NCBI GenBank assembly: GCA_938034975.1
Contig: CALHNI010000006.1
Location: 7,790 to 71,789 of the forward strand
DNA from: Candidatus Goldiibacteriota bacterium
Lineage (GTDB): Bacteria > Oederibacteriota > PGYV01 > DYJU01
Direction of reading: 5' to 3'
DNA length: 64,000 bases
The notes beneath the pieces were generated by a model. It saw only the letters and a list, made by a program, of their open reading frames with translations. It did not search any database and had not been told where the DNA came from. Shown here piece by piece: positions 9,547-20,108 of this stretch; position 1 is the first letter of the stretch, and each line of letters begins with the position of its first letter. The position numbers and the translations under genes are program-made.

Positions 9547-11214
9547 ATGCAAAATGACACACAAAGACTTATAGTTTTTCTTTTATTATCAGGAGCAATT
9601 TTATTTTTTTATAACCTGTGGTTTATGCCTAAACCGGTAAAACATGCTAAACCCGAAAACACATCTGCTTTAACACAATTGACACCTACTATTTCTTCAA
9701 TTGAAAATAAAAATTCTCAACAAGAAAATAAAAAAGAAAAATTCTTAACTGACATACGGCAGGAAAAAGAATATATAATTGAAAACGATCTGGTAAAAAT
9801 AACTTTTTCAACTATTGGGGCTGTTATAAAAAGTTATGTTTTAAAAAAATATTCTGACAAAATAGGCAACAATAAAGAAAACACAGTTGTTGAACTCATT
9901 CCAAATCCATATTCTTTTTCATATCTTTTATTACACCAGCCATCTTTATCTGATAATATAAATAATATTCCATGGGAATTAAAAGAAATACGAAAACAAG
10001 GAACTGAAAATAAAATAGTTTTTTCCCGGGAAATTGAAAAAGGTATATTTATATACAAAGAATTTTTATTACCAGAAAATTCTTATGAATTGAAAACAAC
10101 AATAATATTTAAAAATAAGAAAGACGTCCCCTATGCAATAAAAGACATACGCTTTTCCTGGGGACCCAATATACATTTTTTATCAAATGATATGGATAAA
10201 TACAAAGCAGGAATGGGGTATCAGTATCATAAAATATTGTATGAAACAACATCTAAAAATTTTAAAAATTTAAATTTAAATTTAAAATCAAAGGAAAGTA
10301 AAATTACTTTTATAGAAGAACCTTTACACTGGATTCTTCTTAAAGATATTTATTTTCTTGCTTCTTTTATTCCTGAAAAAACAGATGAAATAAAAAAATT
10401 TTTCTTTAAGGAAACCGCAGGTGGTTTTGTTGAATTCGGTATTGATTTTAAAGATATCCTTTTGGAAAAAAAATCAGAACACACAATTTCAATTAATTCT
10501 TTTATTGGTCCACAGGAATACAAAAGATTAAAAAAATTAAAAATGGAAAAAGCTGTTGACTTAGGTTGGAGCTGGTTAAGGCCAATAAGTGTTGCTGTTT
10601 TTTATTCAATAGATTTTTTATATAAAATTACAAAAAATTATGGTATTGCCATTATTTTACTCACTCTTATTATCCGCGGATTACTTTGGATTCCATCACA
10701 AAACAGTTACAAACATATGAAAGATATGCAAAAAAAAATGAATATAATAAAACCGCGTATGGAAACTTTAAAAAAAGTATATAAAGATGACCCGCAGAAA
10801 TTAAACGAAGAAACAATGAAATTATATCGCGAATATAAAATAAACCCTTTCGGTGGTTGCTTGCCCATGCTTTTACAATTGCCAATATTTTTTGCCTTAT
10901 ATACAACCCTTATTAATATGGTAGAGTTAAAAGGTGCTTATTTTATATTATGGCTAAAAGATTTATCTGCTCCTGATCCTTTCTTTGTTTTACCTATATT
11001 AATGGGTATAACTATGCTTATACAACAAAAAATGACAACAACTCCATCACCAAGTCCGGAAGCAGAAACACAACAGAAAATAATGACCTATGGAATTCCT
11101 GTTTTTCTTACTTTTCTTGCTTTCAGCTGGCCATCCGGACTTTTACTTTATTGGTCTATTTCCAATATATTTTCTATTTTTCAACAATTTTTTGTGAATA
11201 AATCAAAAATATAA
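9547..11214 (+). CDS. yidC: Membrane protein insertase YidC
   Basis: N-terminal TM segment, large periplasmic domain, C-terminal 60-kDa insertase core (..PFGGCLPMLLQLPIFFALY..). Confidence 0.9.
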   Translation: MQNDTQRLIVFLLLSGAILFFYNLWFMPKPVKHAKPENTSALTQLTPTISSIENKNSQQENKKEKFLTDIRQEKEYIIENDLVKITFSTIGAVIKSYVLKKYSDKIGNNKENTVVELIPNPYSFSYLLLHQPSLSDNINNIPWELKEIRKQGTENKIVFSREIEKGIFIYKEFLLPENSYELKTTIIFKNKKDVPYAIKDIRFSWGPNIHFLSNDMDKYKAGMGYQYHKILYETTSKNFKNLNLNLKSKESKITFIEEPLHWILLKDIYFLASFIPEKTDEIKKFFFKETAGGFVEFGIDFKDILLEKKSEHTISINSFIGPQEYKRLKKLKMEKAVDLGWSWLRPISVAVFYSIDFLYKITKNYGIAIILLTLIIRGLLWIPSQNSYKHMKDMQKKMNIIKPRMETLKKVYKDDPQKLNEETMKLYREYKINPFGGCLPMLLQLPIFFALYTTLINMVELKGAYFILWLKDLSAPDPFFVLPILMGITMLIQQKMTTTPSPSPEAETQQKIMTYGIPVFLTFLAFSWPSGLLLYWSISNIFSIFQQFFVNKSKI

Positions 11215-11217
11215 TTT

Positions 11218-11859
11218 ATGATAACCGCAAGAAAGACAAAAAATACAATATCGGAAGCAGTTTTAGATTTTTTAAAAGAACACAATGTATCTTTAAAGGA
11301 TATCAACATAAATCTTATAAGTGAAAAAATTTTCACCAATAAAAAACAATATACAGTTGAGATTATAAAAAGACAATCTATTAATAGCTTTTCTTCTCTT
11401 ACTGAAAATGACAAACAAACATTAAAAACTTTGACAGAAAAAATACTAACTGAAATGTATTTTAATAATTTTAACATAGATATCCATCAGGAGCATAATT
11501 ATGTCTTTTTAAAAATTAACACTAATGGAAAAGATGGTCTTTTAATAGGCAAAAATGGTCAAAACATATGTTCACTTCAATATCTTCTTTCAATTATTAT
11601 TGATAAAAAACTTAAAAAGCATATCCCACTTATAGTTAATATTGATTCATATTATGAAAAACACATTAACTATCTTAAAAATAGAATAAAAGAAATTGCC
11701 GAAAAGTTGATAAATGAAAAAGCAGAATATATAACCGAACTTTTACCTCCTAACGAACGAAAAATAATTCATGAAGAAATAGCCCAATATAATTCCTTAA
11801 AAACTTTCAGTGTTGGAAAAGGCACTTATAAAAAAGTTGTGATAACTTCCCTTTTGTAA
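11218..11859 (+). CDS. jag: Jag/KhpB-like RNA-binding protein (KH + R3H)
   Basis: Position after yidC, plus GKNGQN (KH-like) and C-terminal R3H-like segment (ERKIIHEE). Confidence 0.75.
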   Translation: MITARKTKNTISEAVLDFLKEHNVSLKDININLISEKIFTNKKQYTVEIIKRQSINSFSSLTENDKQTLKTLTEKILTEMYFNNFNIDIHQEHNYVFLKINTNGKDGLLIGKNGQNICSLQYLLSIIIDKKLKKHIPLIVNIDSYYEKHINYLKNRIKEIAEKLINEKAEYITELLPPNERKIIHEEIAQYNSLKTFSVGKGTYKKVVITSLL

Positions 11860-11862
11860 AAT

Positions 11863-13236
11863 ATGAATTCAACCATAGTTGCTCCTGCCACTTATCCTGC
11901 TGAAAGTGCAATTGGAGTTATAAGAATATCAGGTCCTGAAACTTTTCCAGTATTAAAAAAAATCTTTAAATTTAAATTCTTTAAAAATAATTTTGATAAT
12001 ATAAAATCACATTCCGCTCATCTTGGTTTTATTAAAGACAAAGAAAATATTATTGACGAAGTTTTACTAATTGTATTTAAATCTCCTAAATCCTATACAG
12101 GAGAAGATATGGCAGAAATAAGCTGTCATGGCAATCCATTTATAATTAATAAAATTTTAGAACTCCTTATCAAAAATGGTTGTAAAATGGCAGAACACGG
12201 CGAATTTACAAAAAGGGCATTCTTAAATGGCAAAATTTCACTGTCAGAAGCAGAAGCAGTTGCAGACATGGTATCTTCAAAAAATGATATTTCATTAAAT
12301 CTCGCCTTAAAACAACTTTTAGGCGAAGAAAAAAATTTAATTTTAAATTTAAGAGAAAAAATTATCAATGTAATTTCTCTGATTGAAACAGACCTTGATT
12401 TTTCGGACAGTGTTGAAAATATAGAAAAAAACAAAATTAAAAATCTTTTAAATGATATTTTGGAAACGATAAACAAATTAATCCATTCTGCCGATAAAGG
12501 GATAATGTTAAAACAAGGTATAAAACTTGTCATAACCGGAAAACCAAATGTTGGCAAATCAAGTTTATTAAATTCTTTATTAAAAAAGGAAAAGGCAATT
12601 GTTACACATATTCCTGGTACCACACGTGATATAATAGAAGATACGGTTAATATAGAAGGGCTTCCATTTAAAATTTATGATACAGCCGGCATAAGAAAAG
12701 CAAAGGGATTAATTGAAAAAAAAGGCATTGAGAAAACTATCAAAACAATAAAAACTTCAGACCTTGTTCTGTTTTTAATAGACGGTTCAAGAAAATTAGA
12801 TAAAAATGATTTTAATATTTTCTCAGAAGTAAAAAGAAAAAATTTTATTATTGTAATAAATAAAAATGACCTGAAATTAAAATATACAGAAGAAAAAATT
12901 TCCGATATATTTAAAACAGAGAAAAACAGAATAGTAACAATTTCTGCTTTAAAAAACAAAGGCATAAAAAACTTAACAAAAATGATAAAAAATATTATAA
13001 TAAATAAAGATAATTTTATTTTATCTGGTGATATTGTTATTTCAAATTTAAGACATAAACTAGCTTTAAAAAATGCAGCACAATCATTAAAAAAAGCAAT
13101 TAAAAATTTAAATGCGTTTGAAGTTGCAATAATTGATATAAAAAATGCTATTAATTTCATAGATGGTATAATTGGCAAAATAACTGATGAACATATTCTT
13201 GATAGTATTTTTAAAAATTTTTGCATAGGAAAATGA
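11863..13236 (+). CDS. mnmE: tRNA modification GTPase MnmE
   Basis: GKPNVGKSSLLN, DTAG, NKND, C-terminal FCIGK. Confidence 0.93.
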   Translation: MNSTIVAPATYPAESAIGVIRISGPETFPVLKKIFKFKFFKNNFDNIKSHSAHLGFIKDKENIIDEVLLIVFKSPKSYTGEDMAEISCHGNPFIINKILELLIKNGCKMAEHGEFTKRAFLNGKISLSEAEAVADMVSSKNDISLNLALKQLLGEEKNLILNLREKIINVISLIETDLDFSDSVENIEKNKIKNLLNDILETINKLIHSADKGIMLKQGIKLVITGKPNVGKSSLLNSLLKKEKAIVTHIPGTTRDIIEDTVNIEGLPFKIYDTAGIRKAKGLIEKKGIEKTIKTIKTSDLVLFLIDGSRKLDKNDFNIFSEVKRKNFIIVINKNDLKLKYTEEKISDIFKTEKNRIVTISALKNKGIKNLTKMIKNIIINKDNFILSGDIVISNLRHKLALKNAAQSLKKAIKNLNAFEVAIIDIKNAINFIDGIIGKITDEHILDSIFKNFCIGK

Positions 13237-13237
13237 T

Positions 13238-13759
13238 ATGAAAAAAACATTGATAACAACATCGTTTTTTTTAATTGTAATCATCTTAATAATAATATTT
13301 AAAAATGAAGTTTCAAATGTTAAAAAAAAATATTCACTAATAAAAGCAGGTGACCAGGCAATAAATTTTACATTAGGTATTTATGATTCAAAAAATATAA
13401 CTTTAAATGACTTTATAGGCAAAACAAACATTATCCTTGCTTTTTTAAACGAAACACCTTTTTCCCAAAAAACAGAACTGATGCTTGAAAAATTTTATGA
13501 TGATTATTTAAAAAAAAGAAAAGATATTTTGCTTTTTTTCCTGAAAAAATCAGGAAGTTTTATCATCATAGAAGAAAAAACTGATTATACCAATTTAAAA
13601 TATAGAACTCTTTTTAAGAAAATTCCAGATGTTTATCATTTTAAAACTTTACCATCTATTTTATTTATAGACAGATATGGAATTATTAAAATTTTATATA
13701 ATGGCTATTCTCCGACATTAATACAGGACCTTATTAATCAACTGGTATTTATAAAATGA
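13238..13759 (+). CDS. Membrane-anchored thioredoxin-fold (TlpA/redoxin-like) protein lacking the CxxC motif
   Basis: N-terminal TM segment. The pattern F.L..........L.DF.GK..IL.F matches redoxins, but the CxxC position reads ETPFS. Confidence 0.5.
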   Translation: MKKTLITTSFFLIVIILIIIFKNEVSNVKKKYSLIKAGDQAINFTLGIYDSKNITLNDFIGKTNIILAFLNETPFSQKTELMLEKFYDDYLKKRKDILLFFLKKSGSFIIIEEKTDYTNLKYRTLFKKIPDVYHFKTLPSILFIDRYGIIKILYNGYSPTLIQDLINQLVFIK

Positions 13760-14109
13760 ATCTTAATTGGAAATATTTTTTTCTTCTTTTTTTATCTTTT
13801 TTAATTAGTTTTTTGGGTTTGTATTTATTAAATAATGCTTACTATAAAAAATTAGGCACTATTTCTGTTATTTCCGAAATTAATTTTTTAAAAGAAATGC
13901 CATTTCTTCTTAACAAACAAAAAATAAATACTCTTCCTATAGGACATGAAAATTTGATATTAAAAAATAATCCGTTATTTAATCTTAAAGCATCTGTAAA
14001 AGATTTCAACAATAAAAGTTCTATTTATGATGTTGATTTTATTTTAAATTATCAAGGAAAAGAACTTTTAAAATTTTCCTGTCTGATAGATGCAAGGTTG
14101 CGTAAATGA
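13756..14109 (+). CDS. Hypothetical N-terminally anchored protein
   Basis: Translationally coupled (4-nt overlap), single N-terminal hydrophobic helix, no recognisable motif. Confidence 0.5.
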   Translation: MNLNWKYFFLLFLSFLISFLGLYLLNNAYYKKLGTISVISEINFLKEMPFLLNKQKINTLPIGHENLILKNNPLFNLKASVKDFNNKSSIYDVDFILNYQGKELLKFSCLIDARLRK

Positions 14110-14597
14110 AAAAAATCCAGGTTTTATTTTTTTTATTTTTTGTTTTATTATTTATTATTCAGTATTTTTTTCTTATAAAAACACTTAAACATTTAAATTC
14201 TTTTATGCAATTTTTTTCTGTTTTTCAAAAAATAGAAAAAATCACTTCTTTTTCCTGTTCATTTGATGAAAATTTTGCTGATTTAACCAAAAATTCAAAA
14301 TGTGCAATTTTCAAAATACCTTCATTAAATGAAAAATTTTTTATTTTAAAAGATTTTTTTGATTATGTAGTTATTCTTTATCATAACGATTATCTTTTCT
14401 TTAATTTACAACCATCCAATTTAAGTATAAGAATCCCTAAATCTTTTTATATTAAAAATATACATAACTTCAATTTTAAATATTTAAATAATACCCTGGA
14501 ATTTTCCGCTTTAATAAATAATATTTATTATTCATGTGACCTTTCCATTGATACTCAATTTATCAGACTTCCTTTTTATGATAAAAGGTTTTTTTAA
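14106..14597 (+). CDS. Hypothetical N-terminally anchored protein
   Basis: 4-nt overlap with the upstream ORF, N-terminal hydrophobic helix. Confidence 0.5.
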   Translation: MKKIQVLFFLFFVLLFIIQYFFLIKTLKHLNSFMQFFSVFQKIEKITSFSCSFDENFADLTKNSKCAIFKIPSLNEKFFILKDFFDYVVILYHNDYLFFNLQPSNLSIRIPKSFYIKNIHNFNFKYLNNTLEFSALINNIYYSCDLSIDTQFIRLPFYDKRFF

Positions 14598-14921
14598 ATG
14601 AAAAGACTTTATATTATTATCTTTTTAATTATAATATCTAATAATTTTTCTGTTTTTATATATGGGCTCTGGGAAAATTATAAAGCAGATAAATACATTG
14701 AAAAAACCAAAATTAAATTTCTTGAAATTTCGGCTCTTACACTTACCAAACATATCTTAGACGATATTACTTTTAATGATGTTTTGACACAGGAATTTTT
14801 TTATAAAGGAAATAAAATTATTTTAATTATAAAAAAAATAAAAAAGGATTTAATTGCAGTAGATGTCAGTATAATAAGCAATAAAAAAAATTACTTTTCA
14901 TCATTTATAAGCAAATATTAA
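14598..14921 (+). CDS. Hypothetical N-terminally anchored protein
   Basis: Starts immediately after the previous stop codon, N-terminal hydrophobic helix. Confidence 0.5.
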   Translation: MKRLYIIIFLIIISNNFSVFIYGLWENYKADKYIEKTKIKFLEISALTLTKHILDDITFNDVLTQEFFYKGNKIILIIKKIKKDLIAVDVSIISNKKNYFSSFISKY

Positions 14922-14984
14922 TTTAAATTTTAACTTGTGAATAATCCAAGCCTTAATTTTTTAAATATTAAAAATTTTGCTTAA

Positions 14985-16700
14985 TTATTTTTTTATCCAT
15001 TTTAAAAATTTTTCTAAATAATAAGTATTTAATATATCTTCTTTTTTAGCAAAACCACGGCGTGCGCACCCAATACCATAAAACATATAATCTAACTGAG
15101 ATAAATTATGTGCATCTGTTCCTATAAATAGTTTAACCCCTTTTTTTAATGCTTCCTTTATATAAATATCTGTTAAATCTAGCCTTTCTGGATTTGCATT
15201 TATCTCAATCGCTTTGTTATAATAAATAGCAGCATTAAATATTCTTTCATAATCAATTTCATAAGGTTCTCTGAAATTTATTAATCTGCCACTTATATGT
15301 CCTATTGCATGTAAATATTTATTTTCCAATGCTTTTATAATCCGATCAGTCATTTCCTTTTTTGACATTTTAAAATTTGTATGGACAGAGCCTATTACAA
15401 AATCTAATTTTTTAAGTATCTCATCTGGATAATCAAGTGAGCCGTCCTCAAGTATGTCAACTTCTATTCCTTTTAATAAATAAAAATCTTTTTCTTTTTC
15501 ATTTATTTCATCAATTTCTTTTATCTGTTTTAATAAATCATTAACAGTAAGACCCTTTGCCACTTTTAAACTTTTTGAATGATCCGTAATTGCTGCATAT
15601 TTATAACCACGTCTTTTTAATTCAGAAACTATATCCAGTATTTTGTCAGAACCATCAGAGTAAGAAGAATGTATATGTAAATCTGCTTTTATGTCTTTAT
15701 CTTCAACAAGTTTGGGAATTTTATTTTTCATGGCAAGTTCAATTTCATCACTTGCCTCTCTTAACTCAGGTGGAATAAATTGTAATCCAAGTTTTTCATA
15801 AATTTCTTTTTCATTTTCTCCTGCTATTTTTGTCCCTCCTTTAAAAAGACCATATTCATTAAGTTTATATCCTTTTTTAGAAGCGATTTCTCTTAATATG
15901 ACATTGTGCTCTTTGCACCCTGTAAAATACTGTAAAGCAGCACCGAAACTTTTTTCATCAACTAACCTTAAATCAATCTGGACATTATGGATGGTATAAA
16001 CAGATGCTTTTGTGTCACCTTTTGCATTTACAGTACTTACTATATCCAGCGAACAAAAACTATCAATAATTTTTTTATCAAATGAAGAAACAAGTATGTC
16101 TATATCGCCTACTGTTTCTTTCATACGCCTTAAACTGCCGGCTGCTGTAATTTCTATACCCTTATGTTTTTGCTTTAATTCATCAATTACTTTTTTGGCA
16201 ATAGGATAAACAAATCCGAGCAACTTTCTTTCCTGCCCATTTTTAAATAACTGAATACCTTTTAGAATTTTTTCTTCTGTTTTTTCCCCAAAACCTTTTA
16301 AATCTTTTAACTTGTGTTCCTTTAATAATTTTTCTAATTCTGAAATGGTATTAATATTAAATTTATCTGCGATTTTATAAGCTGTCTTTGGTCCGATACC
16401 GGGTATATTTAAGAAAACTTCCACTCCTTTGGGTAATCCTTTTTTAAGTTCATCAAGATAAGTCAACTTCCCTGTTTCAATTAATTCTGCTATTTTTTTG
16501 GCAATGCCTTCGCCAATATTGGGTATCTCCCGAAGTCCTGCTTTTCCCCTTTCAGAATAAATATCTTTTAATTCTTTATTAAACGAACTTAAGAATTGGG
16601 CAAGTTTTAAATATGCACGTATCTTAAATTTATTTTCTCCTTTTATTTCAAGAAGTTCTGCTATCTGATATAAAATTTCTATGATTTGTTTATTTGTCAC
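14985..16700 (-). CDS. polX: Family X DNA polymerase with C-terminal PHP domain
   Basis: HhH repeats, GSLRRMKETVGDIDILV nucleotidyltransferase motif, PHP motif DLHIHSSYSDG. Confidence 0.9.
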   Translation of the reverse strand: MTNKQIIEILYQIAELLEIKGENKFKIRAYLKLAQFLSSFNKELKDIYSERGKAGLREIPNIGEGIAKKIAELIETGKLTYLDELKKGLPKGVEVFLNIPGIGPKTAYKIADKFNINTISELEKLLKEHKLKDLKGFGEKTEEKILKGIQLFKNGQERKLLGFVYPIAKKVIDELKQKHKGIEITAAGSLRRMKETVGDIDILVSSFDKKIIDSFCSLDIVSTVNAKGDTKASVYTIHNVQIDLRLVDEKSFGAALQYFTGCKEHNVILREIASKKGYKLNEYGLFKGGTKIAGENEKEIYEKLGLQFIPPELREASDEIELAMKNKIPKLVEDKDIKADLHIHSSYSDGSDKILDIVSELKRRGYKYAAITDHSKSLKVAKGLTVNDLLKQIKEIDEINEKEKDFYLLKGIEVDILEDGSLDYPDEILKKLDFVIGSVHTNFKMSKKEMTDRIIKALENKYLHAIGHISGRLINFREPYEIDYERIFNAAIYYNKAIEINANPERLDLTDIYIKEALKKGVKLFIGTDAHNLSQLDYMFYGIGCARRGFAKKEDILNTYYLEKFLKWIKK

Positions 16701-17812
16701 AGATTCCCTTGTAATTTATTTATAAATAAATTGTCCCTATGAATGACTTCTTCATAAAAAGAATCAGCCATAATTTTTTTAATTTCTAAGTTTTTTTTCC
16801 CTTTTATAATTCTTAAATCATCAGATGAATAATTTACTATTCCCTTACCTATCTTATTCCCGTTTTTATCAATAATTTCAACTGCATCGCCAAAAGAAAA
16901 ATTACCTTCAATATCAATAATACCAACTGCGAGCAAACTTTTCCCTGCACCAAGCAATGCATTTTTTGCTCCATCATCTATTTTTATATTTCCTTTTGAT
17001 TTTAAATTTAAAAATATCCATCTTTTTTTTGCATTAATTTTTACATCTTTTTTTAAAATTATTGTGCCTTCTTTTTCTCCGGCAACAATTTTTTTTATTA
17101 CATCTTTTTTATTTCCATTTGCAATAACAAGTGGAATACCAATTTTATTTAAAGATGCTGCTGCTTTTAACTTTGAAAGCATCCCGCCTGTGCCAAATTC
17201 TGATTTCCCTTTTATCTCAATATCTGATATAATTTTATCTACATCATCTATTTCTGATATTAACTTTGCATCTTTTTCTTTTTCAGGATTTTTATCAAAG
17301 ACACCATCTACTTTTGTTAAAATAATAACAATGTCAACATTTAAAAGACTACCAACTATACCTGCAAGAGAATCATTATCTCCAAATTTTATCTCCTCTG
17401 TTGCCACTGTATCATTTTCATTTATTATAGGTATTATTCCCCATGAGAGTAAAGTGTTTATTGTGTTACGCGCATTTGTATTTCTTGTTTTATCCCTGAC
17501 ATCTTCATGGGTTAATAATATCTGGGCAATAGGAATTTTATGTTGCTTAAAAAAATTCTTATATTCCTGCATAAGAACAATCTGGCCAACAGCAGCAATT
17601 GCCTGCTTTTCTGATAAAGAAAAAACTTTTTTTTGTAAATTAAGGCGTTTTAACCCTGAACCTATGGCTCCCGAACTAACTAAAATTATCTGTTTGCCAG
17701 TTTTATATAAATCAACAATCTGGTTTACCAGATTTTCTAAAAAAATTTTTTTTATCCCTATATCCCCAACAATCAAATTAGATCCGACTTTAATAAGTAT
17801 TTTTTTATACAT
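16697..17812 (-). CDS. proB: Glutamate 5-kinase (with PUA domain)
   Basis: Amino-acid kinase fold motifs (KVGSN.., VSSGA..G, NENDT) and C-terminal PUA-like segment. Confidence 0.88.
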   Translation of the reverse strand: MYKKILIKVGSNLIVGDIGIKKIFLENLVNQIVDLYKTGKQIILVSSGAIGSGLKRLNLQKKVFSLSEKQAIAAVGQIVLMQEYKNFFKQHKIPIAQILLTHEDVRDKTRNTNARNTINTLLSWGIIPIINENDTVATEEIKFGDNDSLAGIVGSLLNVDIVIILTKVDGVFDKNPEKEKDAKLISEIDDVDKIISDIEIKGKSEFGTGGMLSKLKAAASLNKIGIPLVIANGNKKDVIKKIVAGEKEGTIILKKDVKINAKKRWIFLNLKSKGNIKIDDGAKNALLGAGKSLLAVGIIDIEGNFSFGDAVEIIDKNGNKIGKGIVNYSSDDLRIIKGKKNLEIKKIMADSFYEEVIHRDNLFINKLQGNL

Positions 17813-17814
17813 CT

Positions 17815-19071
17815 TTAACCTTCTTCATAATATGTAAAATTTTTATTCCCAATTATTATTAAATCTCCTTCTTTTACTCCATTGCTTTTAAAAAAATCTT
17901 CTATCCCTTCTTTTATCAGATACTTTTTAAAAACTTCCAATGTCTCTATATTATCAAAATCAAGCATTTCAACATATTTTTCTATTTTTTTACATTTTAA
18001 TTTATACACTCCTTTTTCCAAGGTAATCAGTTCTGGTTTTTCAGTTTCAATTATCTTTGTTTCTGTTATTTTTTCACTTTCTACTGGTAAATCTTTTAAA
18101 ATATTATAAACCTTTTTTACTATATTTTCTATGCCAATATTTTGTTTGGCAGAAATAAATTCCGGAACAACTTTTATTTTTTTAAAATTTTGTTTTATTT
18201 TATTTATTTCTTTTTGAGTCAACAGGTCAATCTTATTTACTGCAACAACCTGCGGTTTTTTCAAAAGTTTTTTATTATATTGGCTTAATTCTCTGTTAAT
18301 CATTTTAAAATTTTTTAAGGCATCTCCCTGGGTGGGATCAACCAAATGTATATAAACCCGCGTCCTTTCAATATGTTTTAAAAAATCAATTCCAAGTCCT
18401 TTGCCCTCTGAAGCACCTTCTATAAGTCCAGGAATGTCAGCAACAACAAAAGAAGCATCATCTCCGTATCTTACTATACCAAGGACAGGATTTAATGTTG
18501 TAAAAGGATAATCTGCAATTTTGGGATGAGCATTTGATATTTTTGAAAGCAAAGTTGATTTCCCTGCATTTGCCATTCCTATAATTCCAGCATCTGCAAG
18601 TATTTTTAATTCAAGAATTATTTCTTTTTCTTCTCCTGGTTCTCCCTTTTCATAAAATCGCGGCGTTTGCCTTGTGGATGATTTAAAATGTGCATTTCCT
18701 TTTCCACCCCTGCCACCTTTTGCTATTAAAACACATTCTTTGTTTTTAGTTATATCTTTTATTATAGCTTGGGTTTTAGCATCCTTTATTATAGTGCCAA
18801 GCGGCACTTTTATGAAAAGGTCTTCTCCATTTTTACCATGCATATTTTTACCACTACCGTTTTCTCCATCTTCTGCTTTATAATATTTTTTATAATAGTA
18901 ATCTACAAGGGTTGAAAGATTTTCATCCCCAACAATATAAATATTTCCCCCCCTGCCACCATCTCCTCCATCAGGTCCGCCTTTTGGCACATATTTTTCA
19001 CGTCTGAAAGAACAAACTCCATTTCCACCTTTACCTGATTTAACTTTTATTTTTGCAAAATCAATAAACAT
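17815..19071 (-). CDS. obg: GTPase Obg/CgtA
   Basis: Gly-rich Obg fold (GGDGGRGGN), G-domain GMANAGKST, C-terminal OCT-like extension. Confidence 0.93.
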   Translation of the reverse strand: MFIDFAKIKVKSGKGGNGVCSFRREKYVPKGGPDGGDGGRGGNIYIVGDENLSTLVDYYYKKYYKAEDGENGSGKNMHGKNGEDLFIKVPLGTIIKDAKTQAIIKDITKNKECVLIAKGGRGGKGNAHFKSSTRQTPRFYEKGEPGEEKEIILELKILADAGIIGMANAGKSTLLSKISNAHPKIADYPFTTLNPVLGIVRYGDDASFVVADIPGLIEGASEGKGLGIDFLKHIERTRVYIHLVDPTQGDALKNFKMINRELSQYNKKLLKKPQVVAVNKIDLLTQKEINKIKQNFKKIKVVPEFISAKQNIGIENIVKKVYNILKDLPVESEKITETKIIETEKPELITLEKGVYKLKCKKIEKYVEMLDFDNIETLEVFKKYLIKEGIEDFFKSNGVKEGDLIIIGNKNFTYYEEG

Positions 19072-19081
19072 AAATAATATA

Positions 19082-19209
19082 CCTCAGAAATATTTTATAA
19101 AAAAATATTATTCAAATAAATTTTTAAAATAACACTTGTGTTTTATTTTAAATTAAAATGATAAAAATATTTTATTCCGTAAAAATGCGTTTTCTAATAC
19201 ATTTTTACG
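19082..19209 (-). repeat. Double-hairpin intergenic repeat, copy B (truncated, inverted)
   Basis: Carries ccgtaaaaatgcg-ttttctaa-tacatttttacg at 19177-19209 and the core segment ttaaaataacacttgtgttttattttaaatt. It interrupts the usual rpmA-obg adjacency. Confidence 0.7.
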
Positions 19210-19340
19210 ATTTATTATAACAAAATTTCATTCCCTTAAAAATAAAAACGAATATTTTTGTTTTTAGTAGTATTTTCTTATATGGATTTGGTAAATATAA
19301 TTTTTTTAAAAAACCTGCTTGGGGATATTATCTTTTAAAT

Positions 19341-19601
19341 TTATTGTGTTACTAAAGGTAAAACATCTACAACTTTTTTATTTGCGGATGTTTTAAATTT
19401 AACAACACCGTTTATTTTGGCAAATAAAGTATGGTCACGTCCCATACCAACATTTTCTCCGGGATAAATCTTCGTCCCCCTTTGTCTTACTATTATACTT
19501 CCACCTGTAACTACACAGTTATCGTATCTTTTAACACCAAGTCGTTTGCCTGCGCTATCACGCCCGTTTCTTGATGAACCTTGAGCTTTTGTATGAGCCA
19601 T
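19341..19601 (-). CDS. rpmA: 50S ribosomal protein L27
   Basis: [20 protein letters not shown] motif. Confidence 0.95.
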   Translation of the reverse strand: MAHTKAQGSSRNGRDSAGKRLGVKRYDNCVVTGGSIIVRQRGTKIYPGENVGMGRDHTLFAKINGVVKFKTSANKKVVDVLPLVTQ

Positions 19602-19615
19602 ATTTTATCACCTCT

Positions 19616-19933
19616 TTAATTTAAAACTTCTATCTTTTTTATTTTAACTTTTGTAAATTTTTGTCTGTGACCTTTTTTGCGTCTAAAATTTTTTCTTCTT
19701 TTAAACTTAAAAACAATAATTTTGTCACCTTTTACTTCTTTATCTAAAATTTCAGCTGTTATTTTCACATTATTTAATACAGGTGTTCCAACCTTTATAT
19801 CATTATCTTTTACAAGCAAAAGGACCTTATCAAAAGTTGCTTCATTACCATCAATATTTAATTTGTCAACATTTAATATATCACCTTCTGAAAATTTATA
19901 TTGTTTCCCTGCTATTTCAACTATTGCATACAT
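19616..19933 (-). CDS. rplU: 50S ribosomal protein L21
   Basis: MYAIVEIAGKQYK.. N-terminus, adjacent to rpmA. Confidence 0.95.
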   Translation of the reverse strand: MYAIVEIAGKQYKFSEGDILNVDKLNIDGNEATFDKVLLLVKDNDIKVGTPVLNNVKITAEILDKEVKGDKIIVFKFKRRKNFRRKKGHRQKFTKVKIKKIEVLN

Positions 19934-19964
19934 TTTAAAATCCTCCTGATAAATATAATCTTTT

Positions 19965-20040
19965 TGGTGAGCCGTCCGAGATTCGAACTCGGGACACCTG
20001 CCTTAAAAGGGCAGTGCTCTACCAGCTGAGCTAACGGCCC
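19965..20040 (-). tRNA. tRNA-Lys (anticodon UUU)
   Basis: Minus-strand sequence GGGCCGTTAGCTCAGCTGGTAGAGCACTGCCCTTTTAAGGCAGGTGTCCCGAGTTCGAATCTCGGACGGCTCACCA forms a cloverleaf with a CTTTTAA anticodon loop and an encoded CCA. Confidence 0.93.
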
Positions 20041-20064
20041 ACCTTCTTAATACACAGATTTTTA

Positions 20065-20092
20065 ATTTTACATATTTTATAATATATGTCAA
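20065..20092 (-). promoter_or_regulatory. sigma70-type promoter for tRNA-Lys-rplU-rpmA (TTGACA-N16-TAAAAT)
   Basis: Minus-strand TTGACA at 20092-20087 and TAAAAT at 20070-20065, about 25 nt upstream of the tRNA 5' end. Confidence 0.6.
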
Positions 20093-20108
20093 TTATTTTT
20101 TTTATAAA

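Noticed and set aside
17064-17837. 257-aa plus-strand ORF antisense to proB; also 12126..12623 and 12675..13262, which are antisense to mnmE
   Set aside because: These are S/F/I-rich low-complexity translations fully inside strongly supported genes on the opposite strand. Such ORFs are typical in AT-rich genomes with few antisense stops.
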